DNA of 64,000 nt from an uncultured delta proteobacterium (GTDB lineage: Bacteria; Myxococcota; Myxococcia; Myxococcales; Anaeromyxobacteraceae): NCBI GenBank assembly GCA_963828255.1, contig CAWHDZ010000021.1, forward strand, positions 64,001-128,000, written 5' to 3'. Each line of letters starts with the position of its first letter. Position 1 is the first letter of the stretch. The notes beneath the pieces are model-generated. The model was not told the origin of the DNA. It saw only the letters and a program-made list of their open reading frames with translations, and made no database searches. The translations under genes were made by a program, and so were the position numbers. Positions 54,373 to 64,000 of the stretch are shown piece by piece.

Positions 54373-55407
54373 ATGGCCACGACCTATCGCGACGCCGGCG
54401 TCGACATCGACGAGGGCGATCGGCTCGTCGACCTCATCAAGCCCCTGGCGGGCCCCACCATGCGCCCCGAGGTGCTCGCCGGCATCGGCGGGTTCGGCGG
54501 GCTCTTCGCCCTCGACGTGAAGAAGTACCGGGACCCGGTGCTGGTCTCGGGCACCGACGGGGTGGGCACCAAGCTCAAGCTGGCGTTCCTCACCGGCCGC
54601 CACGACACCGTGGGCATCGACCTGGTCGCCATGTCGGTGAACGACGTGGCCGTGACCGGCGCCGAGCCGCTCTTCTTCCTCGACTACTTCGCCACCGGGA
54701 AGCTGCGCGCCGAGGAGGCCGCACAGGTGGTGAAGGGCATCGCCGAGGGGTGCCGCCAGGCCGGCTGCGCCCTCATCGGCGGCGAGACCGCCGAGCTGCC
54801 CGGCTTCTACGCCGACGGCGAGTACGACCTGGCCGGGTTCGCCGTCGGGGTGGTGGAGCGGGACCGGATCCTCGACGGCCGGAAGGTCCGCCCCGGCGAC
54901 GCCCTGCTCGGCGTGGCCTCCACCGGCCTCCACTCCAACGGCTACTCGCTGGCCCGCAAGGTGCTGCTCGATCGCCACGCCCTCTCCGACCGGCCTCCCG
55001 AGCTCTCCGGCCGGACCGTCGGCGAGGCGCTCCTCGAGCCCACCCGGATCTACGCCAAGGACATCCTGGCGCTGCTCGAGGGAACGCCGGTCCACGCCGT
55101 GGCCCACATCACCGGCGGCGGCCTCCCGGGGAACGCACCCCGCAACCTGCCCGACGGGACCCGCGCGGTGATCCGCGCCGGAAGCTGGCCCGTCCCCGCC
55201 ATCTTCGGCCTCATCGAGCGGGAGGGCGCCGTTCCCCGCGACGAGATGTACCGGACCTTCAACATGGGGCTGGGGCTGGTGATCGCGCTGCCGGCCGCCT
55301 CCGCCGAGGCGGCCCGCGCCGTGCTGGCCGCGCGCGGCCTCTCGAGCTGGGTGGTGGGAACCGTCGAGCCGGGCGCCGGCGAGGCCACCTGCGAGGTGGT
55401 CGGGTGA
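54373..55407 (+). CDS. purM: Phosphoribosylformylglycinamidine cyclo-ligase
   Basis: [43 protein letters not shown]. Confidence 0.98.
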   Translation: MATTYRDAGVDIDEGDRLVDLIKPLAGPTMRPEVLAGIGGFGGLFALDVKKYRDPVLVSGTDGVGTKLKLAFLTGRHDTVGIDLVAMSVNDVAVTGAEPLFFLDYFATGKLRAEEAAQVVKGIAEGCRQAGCALIGGETAELPGFYADGEYDLAGFAVGVVERDRILDGRKVRPGDALLGVASTGLHSNGYSLARKVLLDRHALSDRPPELSGRTVGEALLEPTRIYAKDILALLEGTPVHAVAHITGGGLPGNAPRNLPDGTRAVIRAGSWPVPAIFGLIEREGAVPRDEMYRTFNMGLGLVIALPAASAEAARAVLAARGLSSWVVGTVEPGAGEATCEVVG

Positions 55408-56081
55408 TCCGGGTCGGCGTCCTCGCCTCCGGATCGGGCTCGAACCTCCAGGCGATCCTCGACGCCGCGCGGGTCGGGCGCATCGACGTCACGGTCGCCG
55501 TGGTGGTCTGCAACGTGCCGGGGGCTCGCGCGCTGGAGCGGGCGCGGGTGGCCGGGGTTCCCGCCGAGCTCCTTCCGTCGAAGGGCGTCCCCGACCGGGA
55601 GGCCTACGACCGGGAGGTGGTGGAGAGGCTGCTCGCCCACCACGTGGACCTGGTCTGCCTGGCCGGCTGGATGCGCATCGTCACCCCCGCGTTCCTCGGG
55701 GCCTTCGCCCCCTCGCCGGAGAGCCACGGCTGCCCGCGCGTGATGAACGTGCACCCGGCGCTCTTGCCGAGCTTCCCGGGGCTCCACGCCCAGCGCCAGG
55801 CGCTCGACTACGGGGTGCGCTTCACCGGCTGCACGGTCCACTTCGTGGACTCCGGCACCGACACCGGACCGGTCATCGTCCAGGCCGCCGTCCCGGTGCT
55901 GCCCGGCGACGACGAGTCCACCCTCTCGGCCCGGATCCTCGTCGAGGAGCACCGCGTCTACCCGCTCGCCGTGCAGTGGTTCGCCGAGGGGCGGCTCTCC
56001 CTGGACGGCCGAAGGGTCGTGCTCCGCGACGCGGCCGCTCCCCTGATGGACGGCGTCGTGAACCCCTCCCAGGATCGCTGA
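55404..56081 (+). CDS. purN: Phosphoribosylglycinamide formyltransferase
   Basis: [41 protein letters not shown] start overlaps the purM stop. Confidence 0.97.
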   Translation: MIRVGVLASGSGSNLQAILDAARVGRIDVTVAVVVCNVPGARALERARVAGVPAELLPSKGVPDREAYDREVVERLLAHHVDLVCLAGWMRIVTPAFLGAFAPSPESHGCPRVMNVHPALLPSFPGLHAQRQALDYGVRFTGCTVHFVDSGTDTGPVIVQAAVPVLPGDDESTLSARILVEEHRVYPLAVQWFAEGRLSLDGRRVVLRDAAAPLMDGVVNPSQDR

Positions 56082-56087
56082 CCCGCC

Positions 56088-57572
56088 TTGTCCGCCAACA
56101 CCCGATCGCCCGCCGCCCCCCGCGCCGCCACGGTCCGGCGCGCCTACGACGTCTGCGTGATCGGGGCGCAACTGGGAGGGGTCGCCGCCGGGGCGCTGCT
56201 GGCCCGCCGCGGCTACCGGGTCCTCCACGTCGACCACGAGGGGATCGGCACGGGCTACGAGGACGGTGGCTGGAGGATCCCCTGGGGCCCGGCCATCGTC
56301 CCGGCCCTGCGATCCCACCCGGCGGCCGAGGCCGTCCTGGTCGAGCTCGGGCTCGCCACCGACGCCGTGCGCCTCCTCGAGCCGGCCCGCCCCGCGCTCC
56401 AGATCCTGCTCCCGCGCCACCGCGTGGACCTCCCCGCCTCGAAGGGGGAGCGCATCGCCGAGCTGCGCCGGGAGTGGCCGGACGACGCGCCCCGCCTCGA
56501 CGCGGCGCTCTCGGCCGCGCGCGCCGCCTTCGACGCCGAGCAGCCGCTCCTGGCCGCCTTCCCGCCGGTTCCCCCGCGCGGCCTCGTCGAACGCTTCCGG
56601 CTCCACCGCGCCAGGAAGCTCTCCCCCACCGGCGGCGCGCGGGCGCCGGACCCGCTCGCCGACCTGGGAGAGCACCCGCTCGCCTCGGCCCTCCGCGCCG
56701 CCTGGCCGTTCCTCGCCTTCCTCGACGGCCCACCCTCCCCGCTGGGGCTGGCCCGCACGCTGGGGGGCGCGCTGCAGGGCACGCTCCGCACGGCCGGAGG
56801 GGACGCCGCCATCGCCGCGCTGCTGCGCCGGCGCATCGCCGAGTCGCGCGGCGAGCTGCTCGGCGGCGAGGGGGAGCCCACACCGGTCACCGGCCTGGAG
56901 CTCGAGGGCGGGAAGGCCACGACACTGAAGGTGAAGGGAGGCGAGGCCCGCTACGCCGCCCGGGCCTTCCTCTACGCCGGGGAGGTCTCCGCGCTCCCGG
57001 CGCTCACCGGGAAGCCCGAGCGGCTGGAACGCTGGCTCGCCCCGGCCACCCCGTCGGGCCGGCTCGTCTCCCTGGCCTGGGTCCTGCGGGGCGACGCGCT
57101 GCCCGCGCCCCTCGGGGATCTCGCGCTGGCGATCGGGACGGACGGCGCCGCGGTCCTCCTCCAGGCGCTCCCCGCCCTCCGCGCCGGCCCGAAGGGGCCG
57201 GACGCCAGCCCGACCGAGCGGGTCCTCGTCGCCGCCACGCCGGTGCGGGGCCCCGGGGAGACCGCCGCCTGGGCCGTCGAGCGGATCCGCCGGACCGTGG
57301 CCGAGCACCTGCCGTTCCTCGACCGCGCCACCGTGCACGCATCCGACCCGGGCGACCGGCCCGGGGCGCGCGCCTTCCACCCCCTCTTCTCGATCCGCCC
57401 CGACCGGGCCCTGGGCATCGGAGGGGTCACCACGGTCTCCCCGATCGGCAACCTCTTCCTGGCCGGACGCGAGGTGGTCCCCGGGCTGGGCGCCGAGGGG
57501 CAGTTCCACTCGGCCTGGCAGGCCGCCGCGGCGATCGAACGGCACCTCGGAGCGAAGAACCGGCCGAAGTGA
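56088..57572 (+). CDS. FAD/NAD(P)-binding oxidoreductase-like protein (phytoene desaturase superfamily)
   Basis: [23 protein letters not shown]ossmann-like start; C-terminal [14 protein letters not shown]. Confidence 0.7.
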   Translation: MSANTRSPAAPRAATVRRAYDVCVIGAQLGGVAAGALLARRGYRVLHVDHEGIGTGYEDGGWRIPWGPAIVPALRSHPAAEAVLVELGLATDAVRLLEPARPALQILLPRHRVDLPASKGERIAELRREWPDDAPRLDAALSAARAAFDAEQPLLAAFPPVPPRGLVERFRLHRARKLSPTGGARAPDPLADLGEHPLASALRAAWPFLAFLDGPPSPLGLARTLGGALQGTLRTAGGDAAIAALLRRRIAESRGELLGGEGEPTPVTGLELEGGKATTLKVKGGEARYAARAFLYAGEVSALPALTGKPERLERWLAPATPSGRLVSLAWVLRGDALPAPLGDLALAIGTDGAAVLLQALPALRAGPKGPDASPTERVLVAATPVRGPGETAAWAVERIRRTVAEHLPFLDRATVHASDPGDRPGARAFHPLFSIRPDRALGIGGVTTVSPIGNLFLAGREVVPGLGAEGQFHSAWQAAAAIERHLGAKNRPK

Positions 57573-57573
57573 C

Positions 57574-57602
57574 TTGACGTGGGGCCCCGTCCCGCGTAAG
57601 AA
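57574..57602 (+). promoter_or_regulatory. Putative promoter of rpmB
   Basis: TTGACG-N17-TAAGAA, 10 nt before the ATG. Confidence 0.5.
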
Positions 57603-57612
57603 CCCGCCCCCA

Positions 57613-57834
57613 ATGGCACGTCGATGCGACATCTGTGGGAAGGGGCCGCTCGTCGGCAACAACGTCTCCCACGCGAACAACAAGACCAAGACCCGCTCGC
57701 TCCCGAACCTCCGCTCCGTTCGGGCGACGGTGGACGGAACCGTCCGCCACGTCCGCATCTGCACCCGTTGCCTCAAGGCCGGCCGCGTCGTGAAGGCGCC
57801 GCACCACGGTGCGCGGGCTGCGGCACGGGCCTGA
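57613..57834 (+). CDS. rpmB: 50S ribosomal protein L28 (zinc-binding CxxC/CxxC type)
   Basis: [26 protein letters not shown]...PNL...ICTRCLKAG. Confidence 0.97.
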   Translation: MARRCDICGKGPLVGNNVSHANNKTKTRSLPNLRSVRATVDGTVRHVRICTRCLKAGRVVKAPHHGARAAARA

Positions 57835-59456
57835 TTCCGGATCCGAAGGGTGAGGCGGCTCCCGGTGACGGGGGAACGCTCGACCTGCGCCGTTCGCTCG
57901 CCCTGCTTCGCGGGCGGAAGCGGCTCGACCTGCTCCTCGACCAGCCCGACCCCCAGGCGGTCGTGCGGTCGCTCCCCGCCGACGAGCTCTACCACTCCAT
58001 CCAGGAAGCCGGCCTCACCGACGCCTCGGACGTGGTCCAGCTCGCCTCGCCCGAGCAGTTCCGCACCTTCGTGGACCTCGACGCCTGGCGTGGCGACGAG
58101 GTGGACCCGCTGCGCCTGGTCCCCTGGCTGCGGGTCGCCCGCGGCGCCCACTCCGGCGCCGACCGCGAGGCCGACCTCACCGCCTGGCGCGAGAAGCTCG
58201 CCGCCCTCGACCCCGAGCTGGTGAGCCTGCTGCTTCGCTCGGCGCTCCGGATCCACGACCTCGAGGAGGACGAGGACCCGGACTTCGAGAGCGAGCGGTT
58301 CATGCGGACGGCGGAGGGGCGCTACATCGTGGAGTTCCTGCCCGACGGCGCAGACTACGTCTCGGTGCGCCGGCTCGTGGACGACCTCTACGAGCGCGAT
58401 GCATTCATGGCCGGCCGGGTCCTCTCGGCGGTCCGCTGGGAGCTGGTGAGCGATCTCGAGGAGCAGGCGCTCCGCTGGCGGGAAGGCCGGCTCGCCGATC
58501 TCGGCTACCCCACCTTCGAGGAGGCCCTCTCCTGGTTCGCCCGACCGGCGGCGCGCGGGAACGCCCCCGCCGGCCTGGCCGAGCGGCCGCCCGGGTTCTG
58601 GCTCGCCTCCTTCCGCCGCGAGACCCTCCTGGACCGCGCCGCGGCAGGGCTGCCCGCCGCGGCCCTCCCCCGCTTCGAGAGCGAGGCGCTCGCCGCCGCC
58701 AACGCGGCCATCGTCGCCGACCGGGTGGACCCCTCCGACCCCGAGGCGGTCCGCACGGCGGTCGAGTCGGCGCGGACGCTCCTCGAGCTGGGGCTCGAGT
58801 CCGTCTCCGGAGGCGACGTGGACGCAGCCACCCTGGCGCTCTCCTCGACGCCGCTCAAGTCGATCTTCCAGCGCGGCTTCGGCCGGCTCCTCGAGCTTCG
58901 CTGGAGGGCGGAGCGCATCCGCAAGGAGGCCGCCGCGGCCGGACCGCTCCCCGCGCTCGACTCCCCGGTCGGCGAGGCCTTCGCCGCGGTCCAGCGCCGC
59001 CGTCCCCGCTTCTTCCCGGGGCTCGAGCGGCCCGGCGAGGAGTGGGGCTCGGTGACCGCCGGGGCCTTCGTGGAACGCCCGTTTCGCTCCGCGAACGAGG
59101 TGGAACGCACCGCATCCGCCCTCGGCGACGCCGAGGGGCTCCTCGCCCTGGGGCGCTCCCTCGGGCTCGCGCCGTCCGCTGGGCCGAACCCGCCCTCGCT
59201 CGCCGCCCTCTACCTCACCGCGCTGGCCAACGAGCGGCTGGGGCGCGCCTTCTCGCCGGCGCCGCTCCTCCGCACGGAGATCCCCGCCGCCACCCGGGCC
59301 CTCGAGCGCATCGAGGATCCCCGGCTCTCCGGCGCCGGGGCTCCTGGCGCGCTCCTCCTCGTCATGGCCCGGAACCGCGCCGCCGAGCTCGCGCCGGTCC
59401 GGGTGGGCGAGGAGCCGCCTCCCGGCTCGATCGCCGCGGTGCTGGTCTCCGGGTAG
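57831..59456 (+). CDS. DUF6178-like conserved protein; start uncertain
   Basis: [48 protein letters not shown] pattern. Confidence 0.7.
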   Translation: MIPDPKGEAAPGDGGTLDLRRSLALLRGRKRLDLLLDQPDPQAVVRSLPADELYHSIQEAGLTDASDVVQLASPEQFRTFVDLDAWRGDEVDPLRLVPWLRVARGAHSGADREADLTAWREKLAALDPELVSLLLRSALRIHDLEEDEDPDFESERFMRTAEGRYIVEFLPDGADYVSVRRLVDDLYERDAFMAGRVLSAVRWELVSDLEEQALRWREGRLADLGYPTFEEALSWFARPAARGNAPAGLAERPPGFWLASFRRETLLDRAAAGLPAAALPRFESEALAAANAAIVADRVDPSDPEAVRTAVESARTLLELGLESVSGGDVDAATLALSSTPLKSIFQRGFGRLLELRWRAERIRKEAAAAGPLPALDSPVGEAFAAVQRRRPRFFPGLERPGEEWGSVTAGAFVERPFRSANEVERTASALGDAEGLLALGRSLGLAPSAGPNPPSLAALYLTALANERLGRAFSPAPLLRTEIPAATRALERIEDPRLSGAGAPGALLLVMARNRAAELAPVRVGEEPPPGSIAAVLVSG

Positions 59457-59483
59457 GCCCCCCCGCCCTCGGAGCGCCGCCCG

Positions 59484-60491
59484 TCATGCCGGGCGCGCTC
59501 CCTCGACGAAGGTGGCCTCGCGCGCCCAGCGGAAGGCCTGGTCGATCTGCTCGTCGGCCAGCACCCCGTCGCGGCGCAGCATCTCCACCTCGCGCCGCAA
59601 GTCGGTGTCGAGCAGGTACGGGCCGTCGGTGTTGATGGTGAAGCGCACCCCGGCGCGCCAGAGCTTCTGGAGCACCTCGCGCATCTCCGCCGTCCCCGAG
59701 ACGGCGCGGGTGGCCAGGTTCGACGTCGGGCAGATCTCGAGCGTCACGCCCCTCTCCCGCAGGAGCGCCATCACGCTCTCGTCCTGCGCGGCCCGGATGC
59801 CGTGGCCGATCCGGTCGGGCTCGAGCTGCTCCACCACGGCCCGGACCCCCTCCGCGCCGGTGCCGGCGGTCTCGCCGGTGTGCACGGTGGTCCTGAGGCC
59901 CGCCTTGCGGGCGTGGGCGAAGAGCGCGCGGTACTTCCCCACCGCCGCCGGGTCGAGCTCGAGCGCGTTGCGCTCGGTTCCGGCCAGGTCGATCCCCACC
60001 ACGCCCCGCTTCTGGTAGCGGATGGCCTTCTCCACGATGATCTCGTTCAGGTGGGGCTCGAACTCGCGGGCCAGGCAGAAGATGAGGCCGGCCTGCACGC
60101 CGTACTCGAGCACCCCCCGGTCCATCCCGCGGAGCGCGGCATGGATGATGTGGTCGAGGTCCCGCTCGCCGCCCTGGTTGCGCTTCATGGGGTTGAAGCG
60201 CAGCTCGATCAGGTTCACGCGGGAGGAGCGGTACTCCTTCCCGATGATCTCGTGGACGCTGCGCTCCATGGCCTGGGGCGACGACTGGATGCGCTCCGTC
60301 CACTGGTGGAGCACGGCCAGGTACTCGTCGAGCGACTTCACCTTCCCGGGGCGTGCGGAGACCAGTTCCCGGAACTCCCAGTAGTCGGCCACCGGGAGCT
60401 TCAAGCCCTGCTCGTGCGCGATGGACCAGAGGGTGTGGGGCGCCGCCGCCCCTCCCACGTGGATGTGGAGGTCGGAGAGGTCCCGCGTCAC
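59484..60491 (-). CDS. Adenosine deaminase family amidohydrolase
   Basis: DLHIH, GIDLAG, TVHTGE, RIGHG, EICPTSN, INTD. Confidence 0.9.
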   Translation of the reverse strand: MTRDLSDLHIHVGGAAAPHTLWSIAHEQGLKLPVADYWEFRELVSARPGKVKSLDEYLAVLHQWTERIQSSPQAMERSVHEIIGKEYRSSRVNLIELRFNPMKRNQGGERDLDHIIHAALRGMDRGVLEYGVQAGLIFCLAREFEPHLNEIIVEKAIRYQKRGVVGIDLAGTERNALELDPAAVGKYRALFAHARKAGLRTTVHTGETAGTGAEGVRAVVEQLEPDRIGHGIRAAQDESVMALLRERGVTLEICPTSNLATRAVSGTAEMREVLQKLWRAGVRFTINTDGPYLLDTDLRREVEMLRRDGVLADEQIDQAFRWAREATFVEGARPA

Positions 60492-60513
60492 GACGGCCGA
60501 CCGCGCGACCCGG

Positions 60514-60990
60514 TCAATGCTCTGCCTCGTCGGGCGCAGCGTCGCCCGCCGCGCCGAGCCCGAGCCCGCAGTCGGGGCACTCGGCGGCGCTGCCGGCCGG
60601 CGTGAAGCGGTGTCCGCAGGCCGGGCACTGGATCTCGCCCCCCGCGTCGAGGTCCACGCCGCGCAGCCCGCGCTCCGCCGCCTCCCGCGCCCCGGTCTCG
60701 ACCAGGAGGTCGGCCCATTCGGCCCGCAGGGCCGCCTGGGCGGCCTCCACCTCGGCCGCGGGGACGTAGAGGTTCCAGAGCGGATGCTGCTTCTGCTCGG
60801 GCCGCCCGGGCGGAACCTGCTCCATTCCCGGGGAGAGCCCCTCGCCCTCGAGGGCCTCCATCATCTCCTTCACCGATGCGTAGCCGGACCGCGAGAGCAA
60901 CCTCAGCCCTTCCCCCTCCGCGGCGCAGGTCACGCAGGTCCCGGCGTCGTCGAGCGGGGTGTTGCACTTCGGACATCCGGCCACGGCCAT
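60514..60990 (-). CDS. Double zinc-ribbon hypothetical protein
   Basis: CPKC..CVTC at the N-terminus and CPAC..CPDC at the C-terminus. ATG at 60990 with GAGGAG RBS. Confidence 0.75.
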   Translation of the reverse strand: MAVAGCPKCNTPLDDAGTCVTCAAEGEGLRLLSRSGYASVKEMMEALEGEGLSPGMEQVPPGRPEQKQHPLWNLYVPAAEVEAAQAALRAEWADLLVETGAREAAERGLRGVDLDAGGEIQCPACGHRFTPAGSAAECPDCGLGLGAAGDAAPDEAEH

Positions 60991-61057
60991 GGTGCTCCTC
61001 CTCGGTCGCCGGATGTTCGCCCTCCCCGGCGCTCCCACGGCTATACTCCCACGCCTC

Positions 61058-61897
61058 ATGATCATCGACGGAAAACAGGTTGCCGCGAAGGTCCGCGCCG
61101 AGGTCGCAGACCTCGTGCGGGAGATGACCCGGCAGGGACTCGTGCCCGGGCTGACCGTGGTCCGCGTCGGGGACGACCCGGCCTCGGCGGTCTACGTCCG
61201 GGGGAAGCGAAAGGCCTGCGAGGAGGTGGGGATGCGCTCGGTGGAGCACCATCTCCCGGCCACCGTGGGGGAGGTCGAGCTCCTCGACCTCATCGCCCGC
61301 CTGAACGGCGACCCCGAGACCCACGGCATCCTGGTGCAGCTCCCGCTGCCGAAGCAGATCGACGAGTCGAAGGTGCTCGACGCCATCTCGCCGGCCAAGG
61401 ACGCCGACGGCTTCCACCCCGTGAACGTGGGAGCGCTCTGGCTCGGGAAGCCCGCCCCCCGCCCGTGCACCCCGGCCGGGGTGATGCGGCTCCTCGACGA
61501 GGCGGGCGTCGATCCCAAGGGGAAGCGGGCGCTCGTCATCGGCCGCTCCCACATCGTCGGCAAGCCCATGGCGGCCATGCTCCTCGACCGCCACGCCACG
61601 GTGACGGTGGCCCACTCCCGGACCGAGGACCTGGCCGGCGAGGTGGGCCGCGCAGACATCCTGGTGGCCGCCATCGGCAAGGCCGAGATGGTCAAGGGCG
61701 CCTGGGTGAAGCCGGGCTCCGTGGTCATCGACGTGGGGATGAACCGGAAGGCCGACGGGAAGCTCTGCGGCGACGTCGAGTTCGTCGAGGCCGAGAAGCG
61801 GGCCGGGGCGATCACCCCCGTGCCCGGCGGCGTCGGCCCGATGACCATCGCCATGCTGCTCGTGAACACCCTCGCGCTTGCCCGCCGGGCGCGATGA
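61058..61897 (+). CDS. folD: Methylenetetrahydrofolate dehydrogenase / cyclohydrolase
   Basis: [52 protein letters not shown]. Confidence 0.97.
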   Translation: MIIDGKQVAAKVRAEVADLVREMTRQGLVPGLTVVRVGDDPASAVYVRGKRKACEEVGMRSVEHHLPATVGEVELLDLIARLNGDPETHGILVQLPLPKQIDESKVLDAISPAKDADGFHPVNVGALWLGKPAPRPCTPAGVMRLLDEAGVDPKGKRALVIGRSHIVGKPMAAMLLDRHATVTVAHSRTEDLAGEVGRADILVAAIGKAEMVKGAWVKPGSVVIDVGMNRKADGKLCGDVEFVEAEKRAGAITPVPGGVGPMTIAMLLVNTLALARRAR

Positions 61898-62979
61898 GGT
61901 TCGTGGTCGCCGCGGCGCTCGTCCTGGCTGCGGCCTGCACGCAGGGGTCCGACTTCGTGCTTCGCCCGGAGCCGCTCGGCCCCGCGCCCGCCCCGGCCAC
62001 GGTGGTCTTCCGGGCCATCCACATCGCGGACTTCGGCGACGACACCCGCCTGCAGGGCAAGGTGGCCGAGGCCATGGCGGCCACCGCGCGCGCGCTGCCG
62101 GTGGATCTCGTCCTCCACCCCGGGGACAACGTCTACGAGTGCGGCCCCGACCCGATGCTGCCCGGGGCGGAGCGGTGCGCGTTCGGCCCCGACCAGAACG
62201 CCGTTGCGCCCGGCTACGTGCCGCCGAGGGATCCGTCCTTCGAGAACCTCTTCGAGAGGCCGCTCGCCGGCGTGGTGCGCGATGGCAAGCCGGTCCCGGT
62301 GCTCCTCACCCTGGGAAACCACGACGTGGCGGCAATGGGTACCTGCGCCTCCGGGGGCGAGGCGCGGGTGATCGCCCGGCGGCGCGCCTGCCTGGAGGTG
62401 GCCCACCGGTCGCCGAGCTGGTCCATGCCGGGCCGCCACTGGGTCGAGGACCGTGGACCGGTGCGGTTCATCGGCATCGACTCCAACCTCATCAAGCGCG
62501 ACTACGGCGGCTTCTCCTTCGATGACGAGGTCGCCTTCGTGACCGAGGCCGCGCGCCCTTGCAAGGAGCGGCTCTGCTTCATCGTCTCCCATCACCCGAG
62601 CGCCTCGGCCGGGGAGCACCGCGCCGACGCGACGCCCGAATACCTGGCCCGGGTGAAGCGCATCGAGGAGGCGGCCGGCCCCGTCGCCGGCTGGATGGCC
62701 GGCCACGAGCACCAGCTCGAGCACCTCCGGGCTCCCTCCGGCTACGACGTCTTCATCGCGGCCAGCGGTTCCCGCGACCGTCCGGGCGAACGGTTCACCG
62801 CCGTCTCCGTGCCCGGCGCCCGCCTCCTCTTCGCCACCACCCGGCCCGGCTTCGGGCTCCTCGAGGTGGCGGCCGGCGGCGGCTGGGCCTACCGCTTCCT
62901 CGACCAGTCGGGCAAGAACATCCAGTGCTGCACGGCCCCTGCACGGGGGGCCTGCACGCCGGTGACCTGCCCTCCATGA
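61894..62979 (+). CDS. Metallophosphoesterase (purple acid phosphatase-like) lipoprotein
   Basis: Lipobox AAAC, ADFG, GDNVY, GNHD, SHHP, GHEH. Confidence 0.88.
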   Translation: MRFVVAAALVLAAACTQGSDFVLRPEPLGPAPAPATVVFRAIHIADFGDDTRLQGKVAEAMAATARALPVDLVLHPGDNVYECGPDPMLPGAERCAFGPDQNAVAPGYVPPRDPSFENLFERPLAGVVRDGKPVPVLLTLGNHDVAAMGTCASGGEARVIARRRACLEVAHRSPSWSMPGRHWVEDRGPVRFIGIDSNLIKRDYGGFSFDDEVAFVTEAARPCKERLCFIVSHHPSASAGEHRADATPEYLARVKRIEEAAGPVAGWMAGHEHQLEHLRAPSGYDVFIAASGSRDRPGERFTAVSVPGARLLFATTRPGFGLLEVAAGGGWAYRFLDQSGKNIQCCTAPARGACTPVTCPP

Positions 62980-62983
62980 TGCC

Positions 62984-63011
62984 TTGACCCTCGGGGGGCG
63001 GCCGATACAAT
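62984..63011 (+). promoter_or_regulatory. sigma70-type promoter of gcvT
   Basis: TTGACC-N16-TACAAT. Confidence 0.65.
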
Positions 63012-63042
63012 CCCGCCGCCCTCCCCTACCCCGGTGGCCCAG

Positions 63043-64000
63043 ATGGCGAAGCGCACCCCGCTCCACGACGTACACGTGCAATCCGGCGCCCGGATGGTCG
63101 AGTTCGCCGGCTGGGACATGCCGGTCCAGTACTCGGGCGTCCTCGACGAGCACGAGGCGGTGCGCACCCGCGCCGGCCTCTTCGACGTCTCCCACATGGG
63201 CGAGGTGGTCTTCCGCGGGCCCAAGGCGCTCGAGGCGCTCAACCGGGTCTTCACGAACGACCTCTCCCGCGTGGCCGACGGCCAGGCCCAGTACGGCTGC
63301 CTGTGCCGCGAGGACGGCGGCATCGTCGACGACGTCGTGATCTACCGTCGCTCGGCCGAGGACCTCCTGGTCTGCGTGAACGCCGGGAACCGCCAGAAGG
63401 ACTTCGAATGGCTGCGCGACCACGCCGGCGGCGCGCAGGTGGCCAACGAATCGGACGACTGGGTCCAGCTGGCCCTGCAGGGGCCCCGGGCCCAGGCCAT
63501 CCTCACGCCCCTCACCGGCGCCGACCTGGCGAAGCTCGCGACCTTCCACTTCGTGGAAGGCGACGTGGCGGGCGTGCCCTGCACCATCGCCCGCACCGGC
63601 TACACCGGCGAGGACGGGTTCGAGCTCTTCTGCCGCCCGGCGCTGGGCGTGAAGCTCTGGAAGGCGCTCATGGAGGCCGGGAAGGCCGAGGGGCTGGTCC
63701 CGGCCGGCCTGGGCGCCCGCGACACGCTGCGGCTCGAGGTGGCCTACCGGCTCTACGGCAACGACATGGACGACGCCACCACCCCGCTCGAGGCCGGCCT
63801 GGGCTGGGTGGTCAAGCTCGACAAGGGCGACTTCATCGGCCGCGACGCCCTGCTCCGCCAGAAGGCGGCCGGCCTGCCCCGCAAGCTGGTGGGCTTCGTC
63901 CTCACCGATCCGGGCATCGCCCGCCACGGCTTCGACGTGCTCCACGACGGCAAGAAGGTCGGGGTGGTGGCCAGCGGCACCAAGTCACCTACCGTGAAAA
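63043..64000 (+). CDS. gcvT: Glycine cleavage system aminomethyltransferase T (partial, runs off the window)
   Basis: MAKRTPLHDVH..GARMVEFAGWDMPVQY, GLFDVSHMGE, RTGYTGEDGFE, GLGARDTLRLE. Confidence 0.97.
   Translation, partial: MAKRTPLHDVHVQSGARMVEFAGWDMPVQYSGVLDEHEAVRTRAGLFDVSHMGEVVFRGPKALEALNRVFTNDLSRVADGQAQYGCLCREDGGIVDDVVIYRRSAEDLLVCVNAGNRQKDFEWLRDHAGGAQVANESDDWVQLALQGPRAQAILTPLTGADLAKLATFHFVEGDVAGVPCTIARTGYTGEDGFELFCRPALGVKLWKALMEAGKAEGLVPAGLGARDTLRLEVAYRLYGNDMDDATTPLEAGLGWVVKLDKGDFIGRDALLRQKAAGLPRKLVGFVLTDPGIARHGFDVLHDGKKVGVVASGTKSPTVK

Noticed and set aside
62960..63010. Sec readthrough at the metallophosphoesterase stop (TGA followed by TGC)
   Set aside because: No convincing SECIS-like hairpin; the region is better explained as the gcvT promoter.
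63012..63042. Glycine riboswitch upstream of gcvT
   Set aside because: The promoter lies about 30 nt from the ATG, leaving no room, and no aptamer motifs are visible.

Overview
GC-rich core chromosomal region of a Myxococcota bacterium. The tgl, cdnL-ispDF-cysS and DUF6178-rpmB gene order suggests an Anaeromyxobacter-like organism (inference). About 50 CDS are supported, mostly housekeeping: glyQS, recO, queE, pyrD, rimI, plsB, ppa, cysE, uvrC, uvrB, cysS, ispDF, cdnL, comEC, purA, hisZ, serA, lptD, folC, accD, purM, purN, rpmB, folD and a partial gcvT. I saw no rRNA, tRNA or CRISPR array. The most interesting signals are: (1) a small FmdB-family zinc-ribbon gene whose TGA 'stop' is followed by a SECIS-like hairpin and a second in-frame TGA, making it a candidate unannotated selenoprotein ending CGPVG-U-AI; (2) a foreign-looking HNH endonuclease ORF wedged antisense between uvrC and uvrB; (3) a B12-dependent CarH-type photoreceptor divergent from a lone SRPBCC gene across a 52-bp nested palindrome; (4) repeated leaderless-type promoters; (5) an apparent 1-nt frameshift in the tgl signal peptide; (6) a doubly coupled small ORF between cdnL and ispDF; (7) a possible CTG/ATT start for the DUF6178 gene. 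Product calls come from motif recognition only; no searches were run.
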